Shown here piece by piece: positions 1-13,162 of a stretch of 64,000 bases of DNA (position 1 is the first letter of the stretch; the number at the start of each line of letters is the position of its first letter). This stretch comes from Podarcis tiliguerta (lineage: Eukaryota): assembly GCA_965153285.1 (NCBI GenBank), contig OZ229117.1. One strand, written 5' to 3'. The notes below the pieces were generated by a model that did not search any database, was not told the origin of the DNA, and saw only the letters and a program-made list of their open reading frames with translations. A program made the translations under genes and the position numbers.

Positions 1-3000
1 TCAAACCCCTGTTCTTTCACAAATGACCTTGAGTTCAAAGCAAGTGTAAGGTAGGAAAATGCAAACAAACAAACAAACAAATCTTGCATGTGGCATTATC
101 TTCATCCTTCGTTTCCCTTCTATCAGTTTTTTTTTTATTTGAATAAATATTTATTCCCCACGATTCCAGTAAAGGCTCCCTGTGGTGGCAGTAATGATAT
201 ATCTGGAAGGTGTGCTAGGTGATTGCAAAGTTATTTGTGCAGGGAGGGAGATGCCCCCACTTTCACAGTAGAAAGCCAGGAGAGGTTCACCTGTGTTGCA
301 CCCTGTCTCCAATTCCCAAAGATGTGCTGCAAGTCTGGTGGTTCTGCTCATTTACCAAAATATCTGCTCAGAGTCCACCCAGTCCCAGCCTTGCTGACCT
401 TTTCTGGAGCTTTTTCACAGGGACTCACCGAGTCGCAGCAGGAATGCTCTGCTTAACCTCTCCAGGAACCCCCAAGGTCTTCTGCATTGGAAACCGAGCG
501 CCAGATTTCCCTCCGTGTTTGTTTTGATTCTATGGGCTCCCTCTTTCTCCCTGCCAAGCCTGCGGTGGTGGCACTGTAGGGTTTGCCTGAGGACGCCTGA
601 CACAAAGCCCAGTGCTAATGCCGCTACCGCTGCTGCCTCCTTTAACAAGCTTGGCTTCACAGCTCTGTGCATTCAAAGGACATGGGAAACGGCAACCCGA
701 GTTACCCCAGGCGAGGGAGACTTGATCAATTTTCTCTTTCAGCCCTTCTAAAGGCTCTGAGCTCTGGTTTTGATCTATTTCCAGCACAGAATAATAATTC
801 ATTTCAAGGCCTCTGCTCAAGTCCAAGAATAGTCATTCAATCAGTCCCAAACAGAAACTCTGGAGAAATCACCCCCACCCCGCTCCCCTAGTGCATTGAC
901 ACTCATTAAGATTTTCTTGTCAAAGACCATTTAAATTGCAGAGACATGCTTTGAAAAAGTAGGCCTCCAACTTTGGGATACGGCTCCAGAGAGTTGGGAA
1001 GGGAGCCAACTCAAGGGGGCTTTGCCTCTCCAAGCTCATCGCTAAGCAAGGCTTCGCCCCCTCCCAGGCCCCCATCGCCATCAGAGGGTTCCACTCCACT
1101 AGCAGCAGCTTGCAAGAGTCTTGTTGTCAGCTGCTTCCTTGGGAGGCAGGGGCGGGATTCTCAGAATCAGCACCCAATGGGCTCTTATTGCAGGAACAGC
1201 TTCAAGTCTGAAAAAGGGTGATTCAGCAAGAGATTGTAGAACCAAGGTTTGCATATGCAGCTCCTTTTAATCTCTCTCAGAGAGACTTAAAGAGAAATGG
1301 TGTTGATGGGGCTCCGAGTCCTATCGAGACCAACACCCAGCAAACATGATTAGGGCATGCTCTTGAGATTGGGGAAACTATTCCCTAGGAAACGAAGATA
1401 CGGTATTTGCTCAGATGTTTAAGTCACCCGAAGCTGCAGCATTCTGCTTGTGCCGCAGTGGCAAGTGTGCACAGGCCACAGTTCAGTGGAACAATCCAAA
1501 ACAAGATACATGGCTCAAGTATGTGCCTCCTACCTCCCATCAAAGGGATGGAATGCATAAGCTGGCCCCAGTCAGAGCTGGACTGAGCATGAAGCACAAA
1601 AACCTTACCCAGCATTATCAGGGATGACCATGCGTTCTGGAATGGAGAGGCAATTCTTACCTGAACTCCATTTTATTATATATTTCTCAGCTCATTTTTC
1701 AGATAAAGATGGTTCTCTGAAAACACAGACTGTGCTCTCAGGCTTACAAACTAAAAACACAGGGCACCTGAGTGTGGGTGGAGGGAAAAGCATGAGAAAG
1801 ACCAGACTGATACTGGCCAGAACTAAGTGGTGAGTTGTAAGCCGGACCAGGCTGACCTTCCTTGCTGGTGGTGCCCTCCTCATCCTGTGCCCACCCGCTC
1901 ATGGCTGCTATTCCTCTGGCCAGTTCAGAGGCCAGCCTCCTTTCTTCTCATGTTCACTAGGCAATTCCATTAGCAACTGTGAAGTCAAAAACAGCATTGC
2001 TGCAAATCAGTCCAGAATTTGCTGACGTTGTGTTGAGAAGGTACACCGTTCTGTTTCTCCTTTTCATTGGCTTCCCTGAGAAGTTGTTGTGGGCCAAAAC
2101 AGGGCAAACCAACTCTACCCAGAAGCTGTAGGAAGCATGGGGGTTAGGGGCAAAGAGGAGGGCTGCCTGGGGTCCAGATGAACAGTTGGGATACATGCTC
2201 TTTGATTTAGCTGTGCCTCAAGGCAGCCTTGGTGGCTGGATGTGGCTTTGCAAATGTGCTCTTTCCTATTTTTCTCAGTTTCATACATTCTCTGGCAACT
2301 TCTTCTTTCGACTCTAATGCATTGTGTGCAGGGCTGTCTTTGAAGAATATCTGGAAACTTCAGCTCTCAATGGATGCCAATTGGAAGAAGCCCATCACCC
2401 TGACACAGATGGACTTGCTCTAACTATTAAAGCCCTAAAGGTTCCAACTCCAGGTTTCTTCAGGGATCAGATCCTCCCATACGTTAACAGCTCACCAGAC
2501 AAAAGTCCTGCTCTCTGAGCACCCACCCAGGCCTTCTGGATCAAGAAGCGCCCACTCAACACGCTCCCCTATTCTGTGGAATTCACTACCTAGAACGTGC
2601 TTTTTGTATGGCAAGCTGATTTGCTTTTTTGATCTGCGCTTCTGATATGCCACTGACTGGAACTGGAGCACCTGTGGACTTTAACCTTGTTTTTATTTCA
2701 TTTTTTGTGTGCATAACTTGAGGGCCCCATTAGGATTAGTCTGGCAACATATAAATCTGAACAATAAAGGTGCTCCTTGTGAACACCACTTTAGAACAGG
2801 AGTGCAAATTCCTGACACTTCTTTGCTCCCTACTCCACACAGAGACAGATGTGAGGATCTCCCCTTTCCTCTACAGAGAGGACTGAAGAGCCTCTGCAGG
2901 CCCATCACAAGCTGTCCTTCGCTCCTGCACCGACAAAACACTTTGCCATCAAATAATCAGAAGTGGCATCTGTAAATACTGCCTGAGGGCATCCGACACT

Positions 3001-4093
3001 CTCCTGAAGGAAAATACAGCCGCCCCATCTTCCCCGCTAACAGGAAGGGGGCTCAAAATAGCAGCGCTGTCAACCTGCTGGTGAGACCAGGCACATGTTT
3101 AATGGCAATCAAATCAGGGAGCAGATCTATCTCCAACAGAGCAGAAGGAAGGGGGTAGCAGCTTTCTGATGGCCCTGCCTGCTTTGTCGGCATGCTGATT
3201 GTTAACAACCTATGCTGAAGATTCTTGATCTCAGCAGGAGATGCCACCTGATTAATTTTTAAGAGGCCCAGAGGAGGACAGGGGCACAAACTTCATCCAC
3301 AGTCTCCACCTGGGCAACCCTAACACGTTGCATCTATTGACCAAACTGGGCAAGGCGTGGCAATAAAGCCAGAAATTCTGTGAGCAAGATGTGCCACCCC
3401 AAAATGCAGCCCCAACTTGCCATCTGCAAAGTGCAAGACTCGCCCACTTTGAAAATGACAGCCAGACCCAGTAATTTTAAGGAGATTCTACACATTTTTC
3501 CTATCACAAGGCAATCCATTAGGAAGATCTTCACACACCTTTCCCGTACTTCTGAGGAGACATTCCAAGTCTCTGCAAGAAGGCTAAGGGGTCAGGAGGT
3601 AGATATGTCCATGGTTTAAAACCATCATGCCAGTGACTGGAGTCTCTGAACAAAATAAACAGCATGTGGATTCTGGTGCTGGACTTGGATTCAAAAAAAT
3701 CTTGTTGGTGCGGAGGAATATTTACTTTATGGTAAATCCTGCTGCTCTAGGAGCCTGGAGGACAGTCTTTGTATCTGAGACAGCATCATGTTCTGGTTGG
3801 GTGTGGTCTTCCAACCTGACCAAGAGAAGGCAAGCTCCCTCCTCTCCCAGAATGAAAGGGAGGGAAACTCTGACCTGGTTTGTGTGACTTTTATCAACAG
3901 GGTTCCTTAAAAAACTGCTCTGTGTTTAGCAGATCAGGAGTGAAGATCAATACTATAAAAAGCAGACACAGTCTGGAAAGTTTTCTAGGAAAAGAAGCAG
4001 CAGCAGCCAGGAAGAAAGAGATGTATCAAGGAAGAGAGTGAGGGAAGAGCCCACCAGTGACTACCCACCCCCAAACACACACACTTTACAACA

Positions 4094-4095
<2 letters not shown>

Positions 4096-4126
<31 letters not shown>
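4096..4126. repeat. (GA)n microsatellite
   Basis: Direct read. Confidence 0.95.
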
Positions 4127-4129
<3 letters not shown>

Positions 4130-5433
4130 GTCTGGCTCCCTTGACCAAAAAGGAGGAAGGAGGAGCCATTTTCCAGAAATAGAAGCCCTGACATCTCACT
4201 GGCTCATGCCTGACTCCTCTCATGCAGGAGTCCAAAAGGAAACGGCTGGCTACTAGCAGGCCTGCTTTCGATTAGCCTGGCAAGGTAGCTTGGGTTTTCT
4301 TTTCATTTTGTTTCTTTGTGGCCTGGGGAAATCTGAAAAAGAGCTTGCATGAAAGGAATGTCACACAGACGGCACACCAGCGGCTGCTGCAGCCATATCG
4401 ATGCTGCCCTTTTCGGCTACTTCCTGGGCTGCATTTCAGATTCTGGTTCTCAATTAGGTGGGTGAAGACAACAAGAACAAAGCCAGGCCCACCCAGATGC
4501 CCCTCCTTGCCAAGGCCACTGCTCAAAGCACAACACTAAGGAAGGGCGACAACTCAAGGCCCCCTCATCCAGGTGAAAAGAAAGGAGGAAAAGGGAAAGG
4601 AAGAGGAAGAGGGAAAGGCCTCTTCCATTCTCTCTCTCTCTCCCCCACCCCCACTCACCAAGTAGCTTTTTGACATGTCAATTCTGGAGAAGAGGCTGAA
4701 AAGGCCCTGATGGAGACAGCAAACTGCGCTCCCTGGCGAGCGAACGATACAAGATTGAATGCAAAGATTCTACATACTGAGACACAACAGGCAATTCTTT
4801 CCATGCCACACACCCACACCTGTCACATATGCTTCATGGTGATGACACTCAGTGTTTTGTGGCACTTTAGTTACTACCTTGAAGCAACAGCTATCCTGCA
4901 TCTGGGTTTGGGGCAGTGAGAGGGGGGAAGGCTACTAAGAAGACTTATTCTGTGTTCTTGTTTCAAACCAAGAACTTCTTTTCTGCCCTGCTGCACCTCT
5001 GGGAAGTTTATAGAGGCTCTCCACAGAAGGTGGAGGGCAGAGGGGTGGGGAGAGAGAACAGGAGCAGCAGGAACCAAGAGGGCCGTGCTGCAGCTGGCGT
5101 CCTCTGTGATCCCAACCGACAGCTGAAGCATTCCACATGGAAACTCCCTTATGTCATCTCAGTAACGTGGGAAATGTGGAGCACATACATTTCTGACGGG
5201 TGAATTCCATCTCATTAAAAGCCAGCCTCTATCCCCTCCTCCCTCCCTCCCGGCATCCTTGGCACAAGCGGCTTGAGGGGGATTATGGCACATGGGCAAT
5301 GGGAAGGCTGCAGAGAGGCACCCTAGCAAACCGCAGCGGGTGGCACTATCTGCTGCGCAAGCCCCAAGCGTGCAAGGTTGGCGGCAGTATCATCACCATC
5401 ATGCAGGGCATACCAACAAGGGTTCACAGCAGG

Positions 5434-5733
5434 CAGGGCTAGGCGATATCAGGCTGTCAACATTGTGACATATCACCAGGTGTACATTGCAATTTAGTGA
5501 TATATCATGATGTCTAAAAGGAAGGAGCACCAGCCCTGCAAGGCACTGGGGTGAAGCCACCCCTGCCCCTGCCAGTGCCCGGCACAGGGAGGAAGGAGGC
5601 AGCCTGCCCATTTGGCTGGAAAAGGGAGTTAAGGTGCCAGCCCCACCCACAATATATAGCCGGGTCAAAACGCCATTACCATCTGGACCTCAAACCGGTC
5701 CGGGATGATGTACCAATACATCACTCAGGCCTA
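5434..5733. mobile_element. hAT-like MITE
   Basis: Imperfect TIRs CAGGGCTAGGCGATAT / ATACATCACTCAGGCCTA; 8-bp TSD ACAGCAGG / ATAACAGG (6/8). Confidence 0.6.
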
Positions 5734-6373
5734 ATAACAGGAATACCCCCAAGGACACATTACATACTACAACTGATCTAGGCATAGCAAAAGTCAGCTG
5801 GGTGCCCCTCTCTGCCTAAGTGGGTCAAAAAAGCCAAAAAGGCCTTGCAGGTTCTGGCCCTGATGAGGAGATAATTTTCCAAGGTACTGTCTCAGGAATT
5901 CTGGCTCCATGTTCAGGCTCCAACCTGCTTGAAGAGAGGCCACTAGGGGGGGGCAGGTGGGTACAGTAATCTAAAAGAGAGAGCCTCTCTGCTGCTGCCT
6001 CTCACACTACACAACCTCTCTATCAACAGGAGCTGGCGAAACACAGACATTTGCACAGATTTCCATTCAGCTATTTATTATTTGCATTCTCTGGCTACAG
6101 GCCAGCCCCCTCATTCAGCCTGCCATGGATTTGCTTGCTTTGAAATGGGAAACTGTGTTGCGATGACGAGAGCAGGCATTTGTCTCACACCTCTGCAGTC
6201 TCTGTGCCCACAGTCTGAAATGTGCCTTTGCAGGCTGCAATAGTGCTTTGCCAGCTCAAACAGCTTGTTCTAAGGGGCTGAGAGCACACAAGACATTTCC
6301 CTGCAGGTCACACAGGAAACTGCCCAACACCAAGTCAGGCCGCTGGTCCATTGAGCTCAGCATGGTCTATACC

Positions 6374-6504
6374 CAGGGGATCAGGACCTGTGGCCCTCCA
6401 GATGTTGTTGGACTACTACTACCATCATTGCTGGCCAAGTTGGCTGAGGCTGATGGAAAATGGAGTCCAACAACATCTGAAGAGCTGCAAGTTCCCTTCC
6501 CCTG
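6374..6504. mobile_element. Short foldback MITE inserted within a tRNA-SINE fragment
   Basis: Arms CAGATGTTGTTGGACT / AGTCCAACAACATCTG; SINE body sequence continues on both sides. Confidence 0.72.
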
Positions 6505-9500
6505 GTTGACAATGACTGACAGCGACTCTCCAGACTGCCAGTATTTTGCAGAAGGGATTCAATAACACACTGGAAATTTGGTTTTGTGCAGTTAAAGTGG
6601 ACTAAAGTGATCTGATGCAACAAATTCATTTTTTTAAATAAAAAATGACCTTTTAAACTAAAACATTGTGAGGCAAATGGTCAATGGGAAGACGTATAAC
6701 CTCCACACAAGCAGGTCAAGAGGGATGCCCATACTCGTATAATCTCCACCAAAACAAATCAGAGTGAACGGTCAGTTTAGAGGAGATACTGTGTAACCTC
6801 TTCATACAGGAGCATTTCCAAGCCCCAGTTGTAGGTGCCAGAGGCTGAACCTGATACCTTCTGCGTGCAAAGTGTGTGCTCTACTCACTGACCTAGTAAC
6901 CGGCAAGGCCGCAACCCACACTCAGATCTAGATGGAGCCCCTTTTGCACCATCTGTGATTTCCAGGGAAGCAGGAACAGGGTGACAAATATCCCTCGGAG
7001 TCCAGACACACCCAGAGGTACCTTTGGCTTTCATAAGCAACATTTGCTAGATAGGACTGAAAATGCTCTAACAGAAAGAGGAAGGTTGCCCAAACCTCAT
7101 AGGGCAGTTTCAAGGTCTGAGTCTGGTTTTCCACATCTGCGGGTAGCTGTTCTACCTCTGAGTTTGGCATTTGCACATTTCTCCTTGTGTCCATGCAGCC
7201 AGGGCAAAACTTGCTATGTGGAGGTGCAAGGGGAAGTTGCTGCTTCCAGGTTACTAAACTCCAAAGCTTGCTGTGAAGCATCTGGAGACTCCAGGGAAGA
7301 GATTGCCACGGCTGAAAGACAGGCTTGATGGCCAGGCAGAATCACACCCCAGGCACCCCTCAGCCATTCAGGCGCAGCGAGGCACACAGAGCCCTCTATG
7401 AGGAGCAGGAGCAAGGCAAAGGCCATTAACCATTCACACTTGAAAGTCAATAACACTCCAAGGACCACAGGCAGGAAAGAGCAGAAGCAGGTTTGGCCTG
7501 CTGTGGAATTATACAAGCCGGAGAAGAACATAGAGAGGGCACACTGTTCAAAGTGTTAATAAAATCCGGAAGATTTAACCAAGTGTGGAGGATCCATTAA
7601 ATCCAGCCAGACCTGTTGAAAAATGGCAGTTTACTTAAAACGCCTCTCTTTTATCAATTTTGTGTTGCTTGTAGCCATTTTTGCACAGGTAGAGCATACA
7701 GCAGGAGGCTTTCATGCCCTTTTAATTGCAGCCAGACGTTCAAAGGAACAGCAGAGGGTCTGCCCTTCCTATTCTGAAAAAAACCTGTTGTGTTATACAT
7801 TTTCAAGTCTCTTTGTAAATCAATGGATTATCATTAATAGAAGAGCACAAATGACTTGTCTGGGCAGAGATTCTTCCCTAAACCAAGATGGCTGCTACAG
7901 GAATGAGATGGTTGGAGGAGCTGGTGTTTGTGAGTAACTGGAGGACAGAAGGAAAAACAAGCTAGGAGTGTGTGTCTATGCAGGTCATCTGTGTGTTGTG
8001 GCTGAAAGAGAGGAAAGCCTCCTAGCATGACCAGACACAGGACATAAAGCCTGAGCTTCTGCAACAGGCATATAAGGAGCCAAAATGTGAAAAGATGGGG
8101 GGGGGACTGCAGTCCTGACTCCATCATGGACAGGACGCAGTCTTTTCCTGAAATCTGGTTGCTGTGCAATTCCCAAGATCCTGTGGAGATCACAGCCATT
8201 ATTTTTGGCTTGTTGAAATATGGCCTGTGGTACTGCCCCTTGCTCAAGCAGAGTGTATGGGAGCAGAAACAATTCCACATGGACAACCTTGTTGCATTTT
8301 TAGAATGCCCTAATACCAACAAAGCAGGAGAGATACCACAAGTTCTTGCCTTCCTCTAGTAAACCTTCTCACTCTGGAGGGGCCAAAGCAATGGCAGAAG
8401 ATGAACCTAACACTGCCTTTCCCCCTGCTGAAACCACAGGATGGGACTATCCCTCCTGCCAGCCCTGCCTTTATTAAAGCTCCAGAGCAGGGAACTAAGG
8501 AAAGGAATCATGGAGGATGAGGAAAGATAGTGGAGCCAGAGGGAAAGGGAGCGTGAGTGAGCAAGCATCTCCCAAGCCATTGTGTTCAAGGCTACCATAA
8601 GCCACACAGGAAAATATGAACAGGAAGGAAACACTCTGGAGGGAGGCTCTGTCCTGCAATTGCCCAGATTTCACCCACTCTGCAGAGTTACAGGATCACA
8701 CCCCAAAGAGCTACTCTGACTCCTGACTCCAGGCCTCTACGGAAAAGCATGTTGGCCAAGCCTATAACAAGAGGAGAATCGCTGAAAAACTGAGCAGCTG
8801 CCACATGGCCGCTCCAGCTCCACTGCCCCCATCGGCTACACATGAAGATCTGTGTCCAGGCCGCAGCAATGCAGCAGCAGCAGCTGGTGCTGAGTGGTGA
8901 GGGAACCCTTTTGGAAAGTGCAAACACAAGAGGATCAAAGCAGCACCCTCATGGTGAAGTTTGGTGACGTGAGGCTCTGGCGGGCCTGGGTAAGAAGCCC
9001 CAGCTTCTCCTGGCTAAAAGGGACACCCCCTGGCACAACTCTCCTGACTGCCCAGAACTAAGACAGCCAACTTCCCAACAGACCATGCAAAATGACAAAA
9101 AATAAAAGGTGGAAAATTCCGCAACCCGTATTTTGCAGCAGCCTTCCTCTGCCAGTATGACAGAGCAAGCATCAAAGAGGCACTTGCAGCAAACGCCATC
9201 CCAAAACTCCTGCTTATCTCTGCTCTCAGAGAGATCAAGAGACGCCATGGAGCATGACGGAGCTCTTATGGCCAAGGACTCCCACAGAGCCCAACGGTGA
9301 GCCCTGGGGGTGTGTGCGTGTGTGTGAAATGGGCTTGTGCACCACTCCCCAAAGGCTCAGGATTGACAGATATAGCAGCGAATCAGCAGGCAAGGACTGT
9401 ATCGCAAGAACGCCACTACTTAAATTGCTTCCAAGGGGTCTACAGGGAACACCTTTAATGTACCATGTAGATGGCATCTGACCCTGTGCAAACAAATTAA

Positions 9501-9892
9501 ATATAAACATGAGCTTGAGGCATTGACTCTTTGAAAATTAAATCCACATGGAAGAACGAGTTCGAACTTGTTTTCTGTTGCTTCAGGGAGCAGCATCGGA
9601 ATCAATGGGTTCAAAGGACAAGAAAAAGGACCTCCAGTAAACTTAAGCCGACGGCACAAGCTTTTTCTGCAGTGGAACAGACCTACCTTGGAAGGTGGTT
9701 GCAGCCTCTCCTTCACTACAGACCTCTTGGCAAAGGCTGGACGGGCACCTATTAAAGAAGCTGTGGCAACAGATTTTCTGTACCAACAAGGGGGTCAGAT
9801 TCGCTGACCTTTGAGTGGAACAACACAGAGACAGTGACACTTAAGTCACTTTGTAATAAACACACTTTGCCCCAAGTGTTTATTAAACACTG

Positions 9893-10030
9893 CAGAGGTT
9901 TTAGACTGCAATTCCCATCAGCCCCGGCCAGCAGGGCCATGCTAAGGGAAGACTACACAGCAGGGCTGTCTGGGGCTGATGGGAGTTGTAGCCCAAAGCC
10001 TCTGGAGGGCACCAGGTTAGGGAAGGCTGA
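9893..10030. mobile_element. Short foldback MITE
   Basis: Arms TCCCATCAGCCCC / GGGGCTGATGGGA; same family as copies at 6374, 18807, 22905, 31135, 43985, 49735, 55105 and 61210. Confidence 0.72.
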
Positions 10031-12679
10031 GCTGGACCAAAGCTCCAAAGACCCACAGCGAAAGGAAGAGCTCTGCCCTCGCTCTATGGAGGAGGCATCA
10101 TGTTCCATTCCCTGCCTCTCTCTGGCTGCTTTCTGCAGCTTGCTCCAAGGCACCAGGAGTTTTGTTTTTGTTTTTTCATCTCGGTTTAAAAGGGGGTTAA
10201 TCAGCAGCGGATTCTGCCAGCAACTTCCTCAGAGATGCATGTTTTGCTTTCAGGCTGACAGCTGTGGCCTAATTTCCGAGGCAGCTCAAGCTCCTTATTT
10301 CTAACCATTCAATTTCTTCATTAGAAACGCAATAGATGAAGACGCTTCAGGAGGGCTAACAAGAGCAAATGCTCACAGGCTTATCCAATTTTGAGGAATA
10401 TGCAGTGATAAGGCTGTACCTTCCTTTTACACAGCATGAGAAAGGTGAATAAATGTTATTAAGGATTTCCACAGAGGGAGGAGGAGTGTTGAAGGCAGAT
10501 GGCACCTTCAGATACCTTCACTGCGTTCAGAAATGCATAGGGAATCGGGTGAATAGTTTACACACAGATGATTACTGACTTAATGGCAGCCAATTAGCAT
10601 CTTCTGCTACAGAGAACCATGGCTCAATTCAGATGTAACAGGAGACCATGGTTTCCTGATACTACATTAGCTAGACATCGCAAGTCTTAGGCTTCTGTAT
10701 TCCTACTTCTCAATTGTGCCTGCAAGGAGGCCAGAAGCTTCTGCTTTCAATTTTAGAACAGCTACACTTCTTGTGGACATTGAAATTCAAGGAAGTGTGG
10801 TTTGTTTAAAAGTATAGTTACTGAGAATACTCGCTCCTGTCACAATCCTTCTATTAATCCCCATGCTGAAATGGTGGGTGCCCTTTGTCTAGTTGGACCT
10901 GGACATCATGGGGGCAAAACAAACTGATAACTAAGCTACCCAAGTGAATAACCTAAGCACGGTTTTCAAAAACAGAGTGTCCAACCCCTTCTTCCCAGGT
11001 GTGGGACTAACAGAAAGAGCGAGGAGTGCTAAGATCACAGCCGGCTGTAATGAACTGAATGCATCCTCCAGTCACAAGACTCCACTTGGCAGGAAGAAGG
11101 CAAACCCACAAGAAGCCCAGGGGAAGGCAAACACAGTGGTTCCCAAATGCCACCCTCTTCCCAGAGAGGCACCTGCACTCTGAAGTGGCTCCCTTCTGCA
11201 CACCACTGACTGTGCAGCCTCCCACGCCAAGGGCATTCATTCCCCTACTGGCCAAATGCCCACTGGGCGCAGAAGCTCCGTCTTCATATTTAAGGCTGCT
11301 GATGGCACCGGAACAGCAAGGACAAAGAGGAGAAGCGTTTTGCTTTGCTTCGGGTCTTCTTTCTCAGGGACACGTGGGCCCCCCTGAAAGCAGGACGTGT
11401 CCCTCTTCCCAGGGTTCTCCAAAAGGGTCTGGTTTAAACTCATCAGCTGCTGCTATGAGGAAAGGGAAGGGGCCGTGTCTCTGCGGGGAAATAAAGGAGG
11501 TTGGGAAATTATTCTCCTTTCCCCCATGTTTCTGCCCTGGAAAAATTCTGAACATTTTCAATCCAGGCCAAGGAGAGCTGCCTATCTCTAGCAGGAAGCT
11601 ACCAAATCGAAACAGACTGGCTTCGGTTTTAAAAGTTGCTCCAACGCCCAAGAAACCCCTCGGAAAAGCTACTACCTCCCCCCCATGCAAAGGTTTTTTA
11701 AAAAGCAAAAATCACTCCCTGTCATTCTGGTTCTTCTGAAAGCAGAGTTGCCACCTGCCCCATACTGCAGATATATGCCACTTCTGCATCTACATCTAGT
11801 GTAGATTTGGGGGGGGGGGGGCTTCCACATCACAAGCACTGGCATGCTCAATTTGACCACCTACCTAACTAGGCAGCCTGCCTCCCACTCTCAGAATCTG
11901 AAGCCATTAGGCTGCAGATGTGAAGCTTAATGTCAATCAATTACTAAAAATGAGCACTGAGACCAAGCACGGATGATCCCTGCGTATTTCAAAAGCATCC
12001 TCTTATTTATCGGGGATGCTAATAGCGCCAAAGGAGCCATTACCATCTCTGAAATGAATGGTCTTTGGCCAATATGCCTTCTCCCCACAGAATGGACCAG
12101 CTGTTTCCCAAGTAGTTATGCTTAGCCACATGTCAGCAATGAGGGGTCCTATCCAGCGCAGATAGACCAATTAAGATTTAATTGCGGCAATGGCTACTTA
12201 GAGATTGCTTAACTAGTCAATTGTTACCTTGAGATAATCTCAACACCGCCAAGAATGCTTTCTACCTTACAAACATCATGCATGCTTTGGGGGAAGGAAA
12301 GAAGGAGAGGAAGTCGCTTTGTGCACAGGGCCACCACAACCACTTTGCTCTTGGAGCCACGAGGAAAGTACATTGCCTTCGATGAATGGAAAAGGAAGGA
12401 GATGCGTGAATTAATACATCAACGAGTAAAATAAATTGGATATTTGCCCAACCAAAGGGTCTCCCACACAGACGAAAGATGCCTCAACATATTGATAGAG
12501 TGTGGTATCATACATTAGCTTAATTTTGTAAATAATCCTATTGCTGTACTGCAAGAATCTATTGAACAAATCAATCTATTAACTTTAAAAAAATAAAGCC
12601 TGGGCTTGCAGTTTTAGGCAGTTTGCTCAGATGTATTGAGAGCTGGAGGGAGCCATGTGGAGTTCCTGGAAGCCCAGTC

Positions 12680-12706
<27 letters not shown>
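12680..12706. repeat. (CA)n microsatellite
   Basis: Direct read. Confidence 0.95.
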
Positions 12707-12708
<2 letters not shown>

Positions 12709-12710
<2 letters not shown>

Positions 12711-12827
12711 ATCCCCACTACAGCTTGATGCAGGAAAGCCAGAGATCTGGAGCACCCCGGGTAGACAGATGGCTGTCCAGCCCCTGCTTGCTTGAAGGCA
12801 TCCAGCACAGGAGAACCCACCACTCCC
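12709..12827 (-). mobile_element. Short CR1 3' fragment
   Basis: Reverse-complement similarity to the 3' part of the 16 kb CR1 (ACAGATGGCTGTCCAGCC...CTTGAA). Confidence 0.6.
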
Positions 12828-12967
12828 CTTCAGCTAAATCAGCTCCACTGTCAAACTGCTCTCGTCATCAAATCTTTTGCTTCATGTTCAACAGAAACCT
12901 ACCCTTCAAAAGGAGAAGGGGAAAGATTAGGGTACCACAGGCATACAGATAAATGTGGCATCGTACA

Positions 12968-13162
12968 CAGGAAGCTGCCAGATACTGAAACAGGCCCTCA
13001 GCCCATCTAGCTCAGTACTGTATGCTCTGACTGGCAGAACCTCTCCAGGTTTTTAGGCAAGGAGCCTTTCCTAGCCCTATTTGGAGATGCCATTGGGGTC
13101 TGAATAAGGGACCTTCTGCAGGCAAAGCTGATGCCCTCCCACTGAGCTACAACCCTGCCCCA
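12968..13162 (-). mobile_element. tRNA-derived squamate SINE (same family as 18.3 kb)
   Basis: GGGACCTTCTGCA.GCAAAG...CCACTGAGCTAC shared with the 18.3 kb copy. Confidence 0.78.

Noticed and set aside
11059-11739. 226-aa + strand ORF
   Set aside because: No recognisable domain, composition typical of GC-rich intronic DNA, no supporting splice structure
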